A DNA stretch of 64,000 nt, from contig OX597817.1 in assembly GCA_951406725.2 (NCBI GenBank), positions 106,082,001-106,146,000 on the forward strand, written 5' to 3'. The stretch is from Octopus vulgaris. Lineage: Eukaryota. The notes beneath the pieces are model-generated. The model had not been told where the DNA came from and did not search any database. It worked only from the letters and a program-made list of their open reading frames with translations. The position numbers and the translations under genes were made by a program. Positions 12,001 to 25,575 of the stretch are shown one piece after another (the stretch's first letter is position 1; the number at the start of each line of letters is the position of its first letter).

Positions 12001-13418
12001 TTCGAGGCAGCATGCAAAAAAATTCATACATCACAACACATACCTTCACTCATTCACTCTCTCTCTCACACACACACATATGCACGTTCATTTCATATGC
12101 ACATACATCTTTCACTTTCTCCTCTAACTTCAAAGCAAATGTTGCTTTTTCACTTTATCCTCTCTTTTAATTTCTGCTCTCTTCAAAGCATAAAGAAGTT
12201 AAAAGAATTTTATGGAAATTGACGAACAGTCATATGATTCCATATATGTCGAGTTGACAACTTTGCTTCTTCAAATGAAAGTGTGCCATAAAATAACTTC
12301 CTTTGACACACACACACACGCACACATACATACTTTCTAGGTAAAACTTCTGTGCGAATTATGATTTTTCTGGTAGTGTGCACGAGCAAATTTAAAGCTC
12401 ACATCCAATTGAAATGATCTTCTATTGTATAATTTGTGTTTGTGATGAGCATACTTTAAAACTTGATCTTTGATATAAACTTAAAAGAAAGTTTTCCCAG
12501 AAATCCTGTCCTTTACCTCTTCTTTCTAGCATGTCCGAGGTGACATTTCCACTCCCTTGCCTTATTTTTTTTCCTAAATTTCTTCCAATTCCTACGTTTG
12601 CGATACAGGACATTAGGATTTCACACACAAAACACATTCTCGATATTTTAACTTTCTTCCTCTCCACAACAAATTCAATTTTTACTTTTTTCCAAGATTT
12701 TTTCTTGGTAATCCATGGAGAAAAAACAGAGAGTATGAATCTTTAAGGATTTAACCCATCACCTCAACACTTTCAAAGAGCTACACACTTCCAATGTTTC
12801 ATTTTTAGCTTTTTGGAAAGCAGGGAAGTTTCTTCAGGAATAATGTCATTTACCTGTTGTTTCTAGCATGTCGGGTTTTCTGGCGGTGGTCTGGTAATTT
12901 TTAAGTTTGCTATTTCAGTAGAATTCTATGCATGTGAGAAACATCAGACAAAAGTGAAAGCAAGTAGGTGATGGGTGGGCAAGGTGGGGGAAGGGGCATT
13001 GAGTGTTTCTTTAAGAAAAATTAAACTATAAAAAATATATGTATTTCCTAGAGTTGTTATCTCTGTATTTTTCTACATAGATAGCAAAAAGAGAAAATTT
13101 TTAAAGTTACAAATTAAGAAATTGTAGTGATGATGGGAAGAAAAGTAAAATTTTGAAAACGTAATTTCTGGGCAAAATCATATTAATCCCCTTTTATACA
13201 ATGAAACAATACATAGTTTGTGATCTTTCTTAAGAACAGAAAGCACTTTCATGCAAATCCATGCAAACTGTACCCTTCCCCTTCACTTTTAAACGAACAA
13301 TAACTTCCATTATGTCATTAACTATATATCAGTGCTGCTGATTCTGCCCATAAGAAAGGAGCAAATAATACAATGTGCCTATAGGTTATATCACCCAGGC
13401 AATGCCAGGATGCATTGC

Positions 13419-13468
<50 letters not shown>

Positions 13469-13739
13469 TTACAGTAGACGAGGGAAGAATGAGAGAAGAT
13501 GAAAGGAGAGGGGAAGAAATGGTGTATGGTTAGGAAGGTTGTAAGAGTGTGGGGCAGGTGTAGTGAATAGGGAGAGGGGGAGAAATGGTGGTGGAGAAAT
13601 GATTTTGTGACCCTCAAGTGGGTGGCTAATGTAAAATATGGGCGGAGAAAACAGTATTAAAAATGAAAAGTGCTTATTTCATGAGCAGATTATTTCACAG
13701 AAATTCTCAGTTGTCATCTATGCTACGAGTACCTTAATC

Positions 13740-14560
13740 TTTGTTCCTAGTATGTCAGAATTTCTCTAAAACTATTCCCAACTGCAAGGTCTTTTAGTTC
13801 CTGTATCTTCCTTCTCCATATCATCTTTTGATTCTGTGTCCACCTAGCTCTGACTCTGAAGTCACTATAATTTAAGCTGTGTAGTCTATTCTTCACCAGG
13901 AAAGGTTTTTGGTATTTACAATAGCCTTTCTCTCATTTCCTAGTGAGAATGTAATCTCTTTAACTTGTGTAGGTGATGAGGAGGTTGACAGGTTTCTTAA
14001 AGTGTGTGTTGCAAATTGTTAGATCAGCTGCTTCACAGTGCTCCAGGAACTTTGCACCCTCCTTGTTTCTTGAATTATACCCATAGCTTCCATTTATGTC
14101 CTGGAAGCCATCAATGCACTGGCCAGCATGTCCATTGAAATCACTAACCATAATAATAAAATCACTGTCAGCTGTCATTGAAGTAGTCTGCAGGAGGTTC
14201 TCATAAAAGCAGTCCTTCTGTTCTTCTGTCAGACCTGCCTAAAGAGTGAATGCAAAGATAAATATTATTGCTGAGTTGCCTATAACTAGCCTCATATTAT
14301 TTATACTCTCACACACCCTGACTACTTCAATTACTTCATCTATTCTTTTCTCAGCTAACAGTAAGTTTACCCCATGCATACTGTCAAAAGAAGTTGTACT
14401 GCTACCTCATGCCTGTGAGAAGTTTGGTTGGGGATTCCTTCCATCTTACCTCTTGGACACAGTACACACATACTTGTCTCTGTTCCAGCATCTCCACAAA
14501 CTCCCTTTCATCATATCTATGTTTATAATTGCAATCTAAAGTTAAGGAACCAACAGAAAG
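13740..14560 (-). mobile_element. RTE LINE apurinic-like endonuclease remnant
   Basis: Translates as VYCVQEVRWK and SDFNGHAG...GYNSRNKEGAKFLEHCEAADLTICNTHFKK...LITYTS. Confidence 0.85.
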
Positions 14561-15083
14561 ATAGTGGATGTCTTCAATGGTAAAGCTGGTTGTCGGTTCA
14601 TTACAGTCCAACCACATCTGTACCTCTGAAGAATAAGAAAATTTGGTCCATGCTTTGTCAGCAGTTAGTATATTTACATAAATGATTACATTCTTTAATA
14701 TATGCAGTATATGCTACAATAGCTGCCATTTTATCTATTATCAATCAATAAATATATAAGTATATATTCCTGATGTCATTGAGAATGCCATTGTTATGAG
14801 TGTTTGCCATGACTTTGTATTACTATCATTGGCAGGATCCTAGTGCAATGATAGCTGTTTCTGGTACATAAAACACATGAGCTATGGCAGTGGATACAGA
14901 GGTCAGAGAGGTGGAAGGTTAAGATTTTTTCCTAATTAGAGGAGGGAAGTGAGAAAAAGTTCCAGTATACTTGGTAGTGGGGATCACATTGTGAACAAGC
15001 AAGCCCCAGATTTTAGTGAGAGAGAGAAATACATTAAAGAGTACAACTTAACACAAACTAACCAAAAGGATAAGAAAGAAGGA

Positions 15084-15135
<52 letters not shown>

Positions 15136-15469
15136 ACGAACGAACGAAAGAAAGAAAGAAAGAAAGAAAGAAAAATTGCACAAAGGGCAAATTCAACACA
15201 TAAATAATGTAGTATTGAGTGAACAAATGTTGTTGAGTTAAGAGAAAGAAAAATAATTAGAAATAAGTGCATCTTAGCATGTTTTCCATTTATCATATAG
15301 TTGACTGGTAAGAATGCAGGTGGCCAAAGTGAGATAAAACAGAAATTGTAACATTTATAGGGGCAATGAGTAAAGGCACACAAAAGGGAAACCAACAGAT
15401 GTGAAGAGGTGGTGGTGTGGGGTGTTGCTTTTAATACACATGATCCCCCAAATTTCATGCCAGAGTAAC

Positions 15470-15672
15470 AAGCCCCAAAGTTTTAAGGGAATTGCGAAAA
15501 GCTTGGTTGGAGGCCCAACCTTCCGAATTCTTTAATAGAATTTAGAAAAACTGAAGGACCAATGCAATAAGTGTGAATGTGAGAGGGGGATATGTTAAAT
15601 AAAATCATAATTAACTGATCCTCCTGTATTTTCTTTCATCCAAAGCCAGGAACTATTCAGCACCCCCTCGTA
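15470..15672 (-). mobile_element. mariner-derived MITE (same family as 6054-6240)
   Basis: Ends gccaggaactattcagcaccccctcg|TA. The body is the reverse complement of the 6054-6240 body. Confidence 0.8.
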
Positions 15673-15677
15673 CATAC

Positions 15678-15708
<31 letters not shown>

Positions 15709-16420
15709 CATCATCATCATATTAACACTCACTTTTCCATGTTTGCATAGGTCAGACAGAATTTGTTGAGGCAGATTTTCTATAGCTGGATGCCCTTCCT
15801 GTCGCCAGTCCTCATCTGTTTCCAAATAAGGTTATAATTCCCCATGTCCAGACTTGTTTTTGTAGATTATAGGAAATGAGCGACATATCTTGCATGACAG
15901 TGACAACCATTTACAAATATCACATGGTGCCAAAGCGGGTTGATACAAACCACAAATATAATATGTATATATATATATATATATATATATGTAAGCAGAG
16001 TTAGTGATTATAATAACCAACTAAGGGATAAAATATTCATATATACTATCGGTATCCATTACCTTAGTAACAACAGAATAAACAAAAGTTTATCAGGAAG
16101 CAAACATAAACAATCAGAAAACAGAGAAAACCACAGATCAACAAGCGCATCAATTGGACCATATTTATAGCTTGTTATTTAATACAAAACATAGCATAAC
16201 ATTTATTTAACATAACAGCCATTCCCACATCCAGTGCCGATCGATGTTTACAAATAATTGCATAAATAAACTTCTTCATCTTTATAGGACATTTGAATCA
16301 AGGCACGGTGCTTCATCAGAGTAAAACAAAAGCATCCAAAATAAACAAAAGGAAGAAGGAATAGGAAAGAAAACATAGCCTAGAAAAGAAGTCTGGAAGC
16401 CCAAAATATTAAAAGCATAT

Positions 16421-17487
16421 AATCTACCATCTTAGGGCCACGGAATTCAAAAAAGGACATAAAGCAGCTGAAACTGCTTGCAGTATCAACATAACGTTTG
16501 GTGAGGAAATGACCAGTGAGCGATCAGCTCGAAAATAGTTTAAACGATTTCGCAGTGGAGATTTGAAGGTTGTGAGCATAGTGGATGCCCATCTGTCATT
16601 GATGACGGTCAATTAAAGACTGTCATTGAGAAAGATCCACGTAAAGCCACTCGAGAACTGACAAAAGAACTTCAAGGTAGCCAGAAAACTGCCTCCAAAC
16701 ATTTGCATGCGATCAGAAAATTAAAGCAGCTCAACAAATAGGTACCACACTATTTGAATGAAAATCAGAAAATGCACAGATATGAAATTTGCTCATCACT
16801 TCTTCCCTGTGACAGACTAATCCATTTCTTGACTGTATTGTAACTTGCAATGAAAAGTGAATTCTGTACAATAATAAAAATCATTCTTCACATTGGATGG
16901 ACCAAAATGAAGCACCAAAAACCTTCCATAAACCTGAGCTCTTCAAAAAGAAGGTTATGATGACCATTTGGTGGTGTGCTGCTGGACTCATCCACTATAA
17001 CTTCTTAAAATCCAGAAAGACCATTACTGCAGAAACATATTGCCATGAAATTGCCAAAATGAATGAAAAAATGCCACTCTTCTATTCCAGACTGGTCAAC
17101 AGAGGAGGGCCAATAATTCTTCATGACAATGCTTGACCACACGTTTCACTAACAACACTCCAGAAGTTGAGGGAACTTGGCTACGAGGTTCTTCCCCACT
17201 CAGCTTATTCCCCCAGACCTTTCTCCTACCAATTACCACTTTTTCCAGCACCTTGATGGTTTCCAGCAAGAGAAGGACTTCAAAAATCAAACCGATGCTG
17301 AAAGTGCATTCAAAGAGTTTGTTACCTCCAGAACTCCAGATTTTTATGTTACCAGAATAAACAAACTTGTAACTCAATGGCAAAAATGTGTTGATTGTAA
17401 TGGTACTTACTTTGATGAATAAAATTTTCACCTTGTTGAAATGTGATGAATTTCATGTTTCAAAACATTGCTTACTTTTTACTCAGC

Positions 17488-17493
<6 letters not shown>
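16421..17493 (+). mobile_element. decayed mariner (Hsmar1/cecropia-like) with 3' TIR
   Basis: Translates as EFKKGHKAAETA...FKRFRSGD; KKVMMTIWW...ILHDNA; PDLSPTNYHFFQHL...WQKCVDCNGTYFDE*. The 3' TIR is cttactttttactcagcctga|TA. Confidence 0.93.
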
Positions 17494-17532
<39 letters not shown>

Positions 17533-18555
17533 GTTGTGGGTTATATATATATATCCTTCGAAACGTAGAGTAGATGAAACCTTAGCGACTGAAGAAGGGG
17601 ATTTTTCGTTGTGCTTATTGTCCTGTATCTCTTTTTTTCTTTTTTGCTTGTCCTGTTCCTTGGTTTGTGTCTATGTTTTTCGTCTCTCTATGTGTTCGAC
17701 GTCTTTTTGGTGTCCTGTACACATATATGCGTGTATATGTACATGTAGAGGTAGGTACGTACATATATGTTTATATATATGCATATGTTCTATTTTATTA
17801 ACATATATATATATATATATTGTGTTAGGAAGAGTGTCAAGCCATAGAAACTATGTTAAAATAGAACAAGTGAATATGACATGGACTGCCATCTTATGTA
17901 GGAGGACAGTCACTCTAAGTGTAAGTCATCTTAGACTTTAATGACCCATCCAACCCATCCCAGCATGAAAAGCAGACATAAAATGATGAAGATAATGATG
18001 GGAATAATGATTTTGGTGATGACGACAACAATGACTATATGTATGTGCAAATGTTAACAACTCATCACTAACCTCCATTTTCTCATGACAGAGTGGGAAG
18101 GGTGTTTATATGGAATTTAAGGTAAAAGTGTAAACTGCTGTTTAGTTTTGTTTAACATCTGTTTTCACTTCTTTATTTCCAGTTTACCTTGTCATATAGT
18201 GTCATCCATCACCAGTTCCAGCTCTTGAAGAATCTTTCTGGACAAGATGCCTCGCACAAGATTAAACCCTCGTCCTATGAAAATGAACACCAATTTCTTT
18301 AGGCTCAAGTAATTTACAATCCTTCACATTTTTCAAACTCTGAATAATTTACAGGTCCTTTACACTTCATTAGGAATGGAAATAAAGAACATTGAAAGCA
18401 AACACAAACGTTAATTTAAAAAGAGTGTGACTTTTGGGCCATGCTTTATATACTTCATGAAAGTATATAAACGTTGTATATACTTTCATGAAGTAGGGTG
18501 TATTAGTTTTAAACTGCTTTACTTTGCTTATGTCACTGTTCTTATTACAGTAAAT

Positions 18556-18711
<156 letters not shown>

Positions 18712-19084
18712 CTCCCCTCTGGAGATGTCATTTGGAGATGATTAAACTTGAATTAATTATTGGGAAGACAATGAAGCAGAAAGAAATGTCAGACCCATTG
18801 CTAACACTAATATGCATCTCAACATCATTTGTTTATATATTAATCCTATCTAATAATTAATTGAAGAATTAATTAATAATGCACTAGGCAGCATTTGGGG
18901 TTAATTTGAAATGTAATGTAAGGTACATCTTGTTGGTAAACACTCTATTTTAGCTTTTCTGTGAAAATTAAACATTATGATTACATTCGGGGGCTGTGGG
19001 CAAAAAAAAAAAAACCAGATCGATCTTCTTAGGCCTTATTAGGTTAGATTAGTGTAGCTATGTTCAGGTTTTTATAAACTATAG

Positions 19085-19585
19085 AAGGCTATAAGCTACT
19101 AATTTCACTGTAAACTGGACAAAGGATGAGTATTCTTTCTCTGATGAAAGTCTAAGAAGACTAAAAACAAGTTAGATCATTTCCACTTTTACCTACATCA
19201 CACAGAGAAATAAAATCTGTGATGTAACTGCTTTCTTTACTTTTCACAGTGAGGTTAAAAATTGGATATTTGTTAAGATATATTATATTCCATATCCAAA
19301 ACACCCTGGAATACATTATCAATTAACTACATCAGTACATGCACTGTTATATGAATTAGATACACCACTTTAGCTATATCTGACTTCATACACATTATAA
19401 ATAGCTATAAGCTATTAATCTTTCTATTAAGAGATGAGGTTTCTTTTTCTAATGAAAGTGTAAGAAGATCAGAAACTAGGTAATTTAATCCCACTTTTTC
19501 TGACTCCAGGGAGATAGAACCAGTAGTGAAACACCTAATTTACTTTTGATAGCCAGGCTAAAATTGTATGTTTATCAAAACAAAA
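19085..19585 (+). repeat. diverged tandem ~310-bp units, each with an HHR-like core
   Basis: Both units begin gctataagcta. Cores are CTGATGA-aagtc-taagaa-gact-aaaaac (19141) and CTAATGA-aagtg-taagaa-gatca-GAAAC-TAG-GTA (~19449). Confidence 0.55.
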
Positions 19586-19597
19586 TAAGCTTACACT

Positions 19598-19921
19598 GGC
19601 ATTCCATTGGTTACGAAGATGGGGGTTCCAGTTGATCCCATCAACAGAACAGCATGCTCGTGAAATTAACATGCATGTGGCTGAGCACTCGACAGACATG
19701 TGTGACCCTTAACATAGTTCTCAGGGAGATTCAGTGTAACACAGAGTGTAACAAGGCTGGCCCTTTGAAATATAGATACTACGCATTTTTGCCAGCTGAG
19801 TGGACTGGAGCAACATGAAATAAAGTGTCTTGTCCATTAACACAACACGTCACTGGGAATCAAACTCACAACCATGTGATCATGAGTCAAATACCCTAAC
19901 CACTAAGCCATGTGCCTTCAC
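19598..19921 (-). mobile_element. tRNA-derived SINE, family S2, full length
   Basis: 12-bp TSD TAAGCTTACACT (19586-19597 and 19922-19933), A box ggcttagtggttagg. Matches 20433-20726 and 55535-55856. Confidence 0.92.
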
Positions 19922-20432
19922 TAAGCTTACACTACATTTCAAGTAAGTGACCTCCAATCAGGCCTTTTGCAATACCCTTAAAGCCAGGAACCTTTCAGCA
20001 CCCCCACATATATATTGTAGATACCATTTACAAATATAGTAATGCAGCTTTTAAATGTAAACAACAGTATATTTACATCCATTTTAGCTTAGATTTCATA
20101 ATGTATTATATTATGTCTTCTTTTCAAAGTCAATTGAGATCAACTCTTGTCTTCCAACCTTTTTAAAAAATAAATTCCAGAGATACATTAGAGTTGATTT
20201 GATTGATCATACCAAATCCTTACAAAAATAGACCAGACATGGCTTTGCGGCTAAAAAGTTTGCTTCACAACAACATGACCTTGGGTTCAATCCAACTGCA
20301 CAGCATCTTGAGCAAGTGTCTTCCAATATAACTTCAGTTTAAATAATTTCTATGAGTAGAAATTTTCCAAGCAGAAAACATTCAAAAGCTCCATCTTGTA
20401 CGCATATACGTAGGGGAGGGATGTATGTGTGT

Positions 20433-20726
20433 AGTGAAGGTGCATATTTTAGTGGTTAGGATATTCCACTCATTATTGTAAAGTGTTGAGTTCAATTCCA
20501 AGCAAGACACTTTATTTCACATTGCTCCAATCCACTCACCTAACAAAAACGAGTTGTGCCAGTAATTCAAAGGGGCAGCCTTATCACATTCTGTGTCACA
20601 CTGAGTCTCCCTGAGAACTACATTAAGAGGTACTCCTGTCTGTCAGCATGATAATTTCATAAGCAGGCTGTTCTCTATTGATCAGATCAACTGGATCACT
20701 CATTGCCATAACCAATAGAATGCCAT
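20433..20726 (+). mobile_element. SINE family S2
   Basis: gtgaaggtgca..tagtggttagg..gagttcaattcc..gcaagacactttatttcac..tgcca. Confidence 0.85.
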
Positions 20727-20764
20727 TCATATATGTATGAATGAATGAATGAATGAATGAAAAA

Positions 20765-21003
20765 TGAGGCAACACAGCTGTGTGGTAAAGAAGCTTGCTT
20801 TGCAACCATGTGGTTTCAGAATCACTTCCACTGTAGAGCATGGGCAAGTGTTTTCTACTCTAGTCCCCAGGCTAACCAATGCTTTGTGAGTGAATTTGGT
20901 AGACAGGAATTGTGGGGAAGTTCATATTTGGCTGCATGTATCTTTGTATTTGTCCCCTACCCCAACTGCTTGACCATCAATGTTGGTGTCCCTGTAACTT
21001 AGG
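20765..21003 (+). mobile_element. SINE family S1
   Basis: gctgtgtggtaaagaagcttgc..gggcaagtgttttctact..gaatttggtagac. Confidence 0.8.
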
Positions 21004-21899
21004 GTTTTGTACCACAAGTCCATATGAGAGGTTCTCTCTTGGTAACTATCACAGTATTCTGTGTTCTAACAGAACATCCACTTTTAAGTGGGGATAAATA
21101 TTACCTTTTGGTATTAATGTCACTCCTGTTACAATTAATTGTTTTTTTAATAAACTCACAGGCTATTTACAACATGGATACCTGAAAAGACACTGAGATT
21201 TTATATGTATCAATGGCAAGTGAATTGGCTGCTATGTCTAGATGCAGGTGTCTGCCATTGACAAGGTCAAAGAGGGCTGAAATCACATGATCTAGCAGTT
21301 CCAGCAGTGTAGCAGATGGTTATCACCTGCCAGTGATATAAGCACGAGTACTTTTATACATGACAAGTTCATATGGGAAGTTCTCTCATGATAAATAATG
21401 CAACACATTCTAACAACATATCCACTTTCAGTGGATTACATATATATATATATAGATATATAGATATATATATATATAGATATAGATATATATGCATATA
21501 TATAGTGGATATAAAGGTTTATAATCCAAGCTGTATCCTTGTGAAGCACATCTACATATTCACATTAATCCAATCTATGTACAGAGATGCTTAATTTTAT
21601 ATGTTTTATACACAGTGATTGAAATTTTTAGTGAATTCATAATGTATTATATTATGTCTTCTTTTCAAAGTCAATTGAGATCAACTCTTGTCTTCCAACC
21701 TTTTTAAAAATAAATTCCATGTTACATGTGTTTCTTTACAAGATAGCAGTCTTTGTCTGAGGAATACAGATAGAAAATTCTGTACATGCTTTTTTCAATA
21801 TGAATACGTTTGTGATTCCCATATTTTAATGAAACATGTGTAACATAGAATTAAAAATATATCAAATTTTTTGTCTTCTGTTTACATACATACATATAT

Positions 21900-21930
<31 letters not shown>

Positions 21931-22639
21931 CGTGTATGTATGTACATGTATGTACATCTGGATGGATGTATGTATGATGTATCTGCCTATCTAGCAATCT
22001 ATCTATGTACATATGTATTTATGTATGTTTCTACGTATGCATTTGTCCCCATCACCACCTACTGATAACTGGTATTTGCTTACTTACAGCCCCATATCTT
22101 AGTGGCTCATTGAAAGAGACCAATAGAACAAGTACCAGAATTTAAAAAGTTAGTAATGGGGTTGATTTGTTCAATTATAACCCTTCAAGGCCATGTCCCA
22201 CTATGGCTGCAGTCCAATGACTGAAGCAAGTAAAAGATAAAAAACAAAAATCATATTTTTTTATATTATCAGATATTCTGATAACATTAGAAGCATAGAA
22301 GTAAAACCATTCAACTTAAAGTAATAGTTAAATTAATATAGTACAAGATGACAACTAGTGGAAGTCAAACCACAATGATTTGAAAATGACAGTCTGTCAA
22401 TGAAAATGAGATATATCAGGTGAGATAAGGTTATCAATTAGATAAATGGCTTTCTTTGAATGCAGCCTATATTGATTGAAATGCTTTGTCTCAGATATAG
22501 GAGTATTTCAATTCAACTAATATTTTGACCCTTCTAGAAATAAACAACTGCTCAACACTGAAATTTTCTGACTTGTAGGATACTTACAATGCCCGGGATT
22601 CCCAAATAGCCATCTAGGGCTAAGTTTTACATTGCTTTT

Positions 22640-22771
22640 TTTTCTTAAAACTGGTACTTATTCTATCGATCTCATTTGCCAAACTGCTAAGTTACAGAGA
22701 TATAAACAAACCAACACCAGTTGTCAAGTAGTGGTGGAAGACAAACACAAATACACACACACACACAAACA

Positions 22772-22825
<54 letters not shown>

Positions 22826-22945
22826 ATGGGCTTTTTTTAGTTTATGCCTACCAAATTGACTCATAAGGCCCAAGGCAATAGAAGACACTTGCCCAAGGTG
22901 CCACACAGACTGAACCTAAAACCACATGGTTGGGAAGCAAGCCAT
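22640..22945 (-). mobile_element. SINE family S1 with central (CA)n
   Basis: Homologous to 50595-51015. Confidence 0.8.
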
Positions 22946-23738
22946 TCCTATGAAAATTTATTTGAATAAATTTCTTTTGATATCATTAAGCATGATTAAA
23001 TTGTCCAATTTCTATTGAAGAATGGAAACAGCAGAAGTTCAGCCCTGGTAAGTAAAAGAAATGCACTATGTAAGTTAGGATGAGGTTATCTCACCTAATG
23101 TACAGCTATTGTAAGAAGGAATGTTATCTGCATAGGAGTGGATTGGGATAAGTGGAAATTGACAGAAGATTAATAAAGATGAGGAAATTGAAAGAAGATA
23201 CACTGATAGATCTTTGGTGGATCAAATAATAGAGGTCATGACAGACACGATGGCAGTGATGGATTGTCAAATCCAGGCAATTAATTTCACAAGAAGGAAG
23301 ATTAACCAACAGAATTGCAATTCATGTATTTTCGAAGACATTGCTAATATTGATTTCTTACTTTGGCACCAAGCCAGAAACTTTGATGGGGATGGGGTGA
23401 AGTGAGGTGGAGGAGATTTTTTCAATTAAATTAACCTTGGTATGTAACAGGTACTTATTTCATTGACCTGAGCAGATTTTGAATTCAGAATGTAAATACA
23501 ATTACAATTGCTTTAATGATTAACTCGACCATATTTGATGCATTTTAAGACTAATTTTTCAGAATTTATATTGTTGGGTTTTAAGGGGGAATAAATCAAA
23601 GTTTTGTTAGTTATGGCCATTAGTAGTGGTTTCAACAGTCAGAGAAACTACAGTAGCAAGGGTGATTAGTAATTGTAGTGGTATGTAATTCAGGATCCCA
23701 CATCAACATTTTCTTTTAGTCTCTTCTTATGTCATCAC

Positions 23739-23970
23739 TTAACCTTTTGCTTGTCTAAAGCATTTTCATACATTTGTCCTAACTGTCTATGCTTGTTTTC
23801 AGACTTTTAGTTAGCCCTTTTTTCATACATTTTGAAAGCTTTCCTTTCATGAATCCCAAGTTACTCTGATGGTTGTACAAAAATTGGTAATGTGTGTCAC
23901 ATATGATGCCTGAATGCCTGGGCAATACATTATGTATCACATGTGATACATCAGACAGGCAAAGGGTTAA
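23739..23970. mobile_element. piggyBac-type MITE
   Basis: TTAA|CCTTTTGCTTGTCT ... AGACAGGCAAAGGG|TTAA: TIRs with a TTAA TSD. Confidence 0.85.
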
Positions 23971-24089
23971 CCTATCTTTCAAATACTATGATTACAATCA
24001 TTTAGAAGGAGATGACACAGAAGCTGTTATGTAGTCTCTTGATCTATTAGAAATAGAAGACAGATTCCCCTCAAATCGGGCTAGAGTCT

Positions 24090-24664
24090 TTAACCTTTTA
24101 CAGTTTAAATTACTCTGTCAAATGTAATGCTTATATATTCACCTTATGAAGACACATGGGTTAGTGGTTAGAACGTCAGGCTCACAATCATGAAGTAGTG
24201 AGTTCAATTCTCAGACCAAGCTGTGTGTAGTGTTCTTGAGCCAGATGCTTTATTTTACATTGCTCCTGTTTACTCAACTGTAGAAACGAGTTGCAGCATC
24301 ACCAGTGCCAAACTGCATTGGCCTTTGCCTTTCCTTTGGGCAACATCAGTGGTGTGGAAAGGGGAGACTGGTATGCATAGGTGACTGACTGCTGGTCTTC
24401 CATAAGCAACTTTGCCTGAACTTGTGCCTTGGAGGGGAACTTTCTTGGTGCAATCCCATGGTCATTCATGACTGAAGCAGGTCTTTATCTTTTATATTCA
24501 CACTGTTTTGAATTAATCATACCTTTGAGATTTTGATAATGTGGTTGTTTATCTTTAAAATGACATCGTAGAGTAAATGTGAGAGTCTGAATCTGATCAG
24601 TTTGAACATAAAACAGAAAGAATATTCAGACCAGATATGGCTGGATTAAACACTAAAGGGTTAA
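24090..24664 (+). mobile_element. piggyBac-type MITE interrupted by a SINE (~24146-24490)
   Basis: TTAA|CCTTTTA ... TAAAGGG|TTAA. The internal SINE is flanked by a tatattcac duplication. An uninterrupted relative lies at 30524-30746. Confidence 0.82.
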
Positions 24665-25420
24665 TCATAAATCTGTTTGATCAAAGTTGATCTAGAGTTA
24701 ATCAACAACAACATATAGAAAGAGGAAACATTTTCTAGTAGTTTATTTTTGGAAAATATGTTCTTAAGATTTTTATTCCTGACACTTAAATGTTAATGAT
24801 TTCAGAAAATATTTGGCTATTGTATTAGATTCCTTCCTTCTTATGGCAACTAAACTTATCAAACTAATACAGAACATTCCCATAAAGTAAGTTTCCTCAA
24901 GTTCAGGATTTTCAACCTATTATGTAGGTCAAGTGAGTTGTATACAACTTTATGTGTTATATTCAATCTTGTTTTGTTTTCAGCGAAAACATTATATATA
25001 TATTCTAATTGAGTCTGTTAAAACTATGATGGTGCTGCTTGTGATTGACACTTGTTCATTTGTCAATAGATTACTCAGTCAGTCAAGACCCTGATAAAAT
25101 TGTTTTTTGCAACACCAGCACCTGTTCTGGCACTGTTTTTCTATATAGCATTGGCTAGGAGATGAGTCATTACTATCTCTAACAGTTGAGTGTCCATCAG
25201 TGATAGGACCAAAGAAGGTTGAAATCACAGGATCTGGTGGTCTTGGCACTAGAGATGGCAAGGATTTATCTCCTTGTTAACGATATTGCACCAAAAACCA
25301 ATAAGAGAGTTTCTCTCATGATATCTACTACAGTAAAAATTTGTTCTAACAGAATATACACATTTAAGTGAAGACAAATATTACCTCTCAGCATTGTTTT
25401 TTATTTTGATTGACTCCAGT

Positions 25421-25575
25421 TGTAGGTATGGCTGTATGGTTGCTTCCCAACCACATGGGTTTGGATTCAGTTCCATTACACAGCATATTGAGCAAGTATC
25501 TTCTACTATAGATACAGGTCAACTAATGACTTGAGAGAGGACTTGGTTGATGGAAATTGAGAAAGAAGCCCATCA
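25421..25575 (+). mobile_element. SINE family S1, 5' half
   Basis: ggctgtatggttgcttcccaaccacatgg..ttcagttcca..gagcaagtatcttctactata. Confidence 0.75.

Larger units (their letters stand above)
20095..21719 (+). repeat. near-perfect 85-bp direct repeat pair (20095-20179 and 21636-21719)
   Basis: The copies are identical except for one A in a homopolymer run. Confidence 0.92.

Noticed and set aside
16220-16325. Minus-strand CTGATGA with a downstream ATCGAT palindrome as an HHR
   Set aside because: There is no GAAA core and no stem I pairing, so it is too degenerate to call.
16897-17422. SETMAR-like domesticated gene
   Set aside because: Multiple stops and frameshifts, a TIR present and no SET domain show it is a dead mariner copy.
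21160-21181. 22-nt minus-strand micro-exon (tcttttcag/gtgagt)
   Set aside because: The splice motifs are good, but such a pair is expected by chance in 64 kb and there is no other support.
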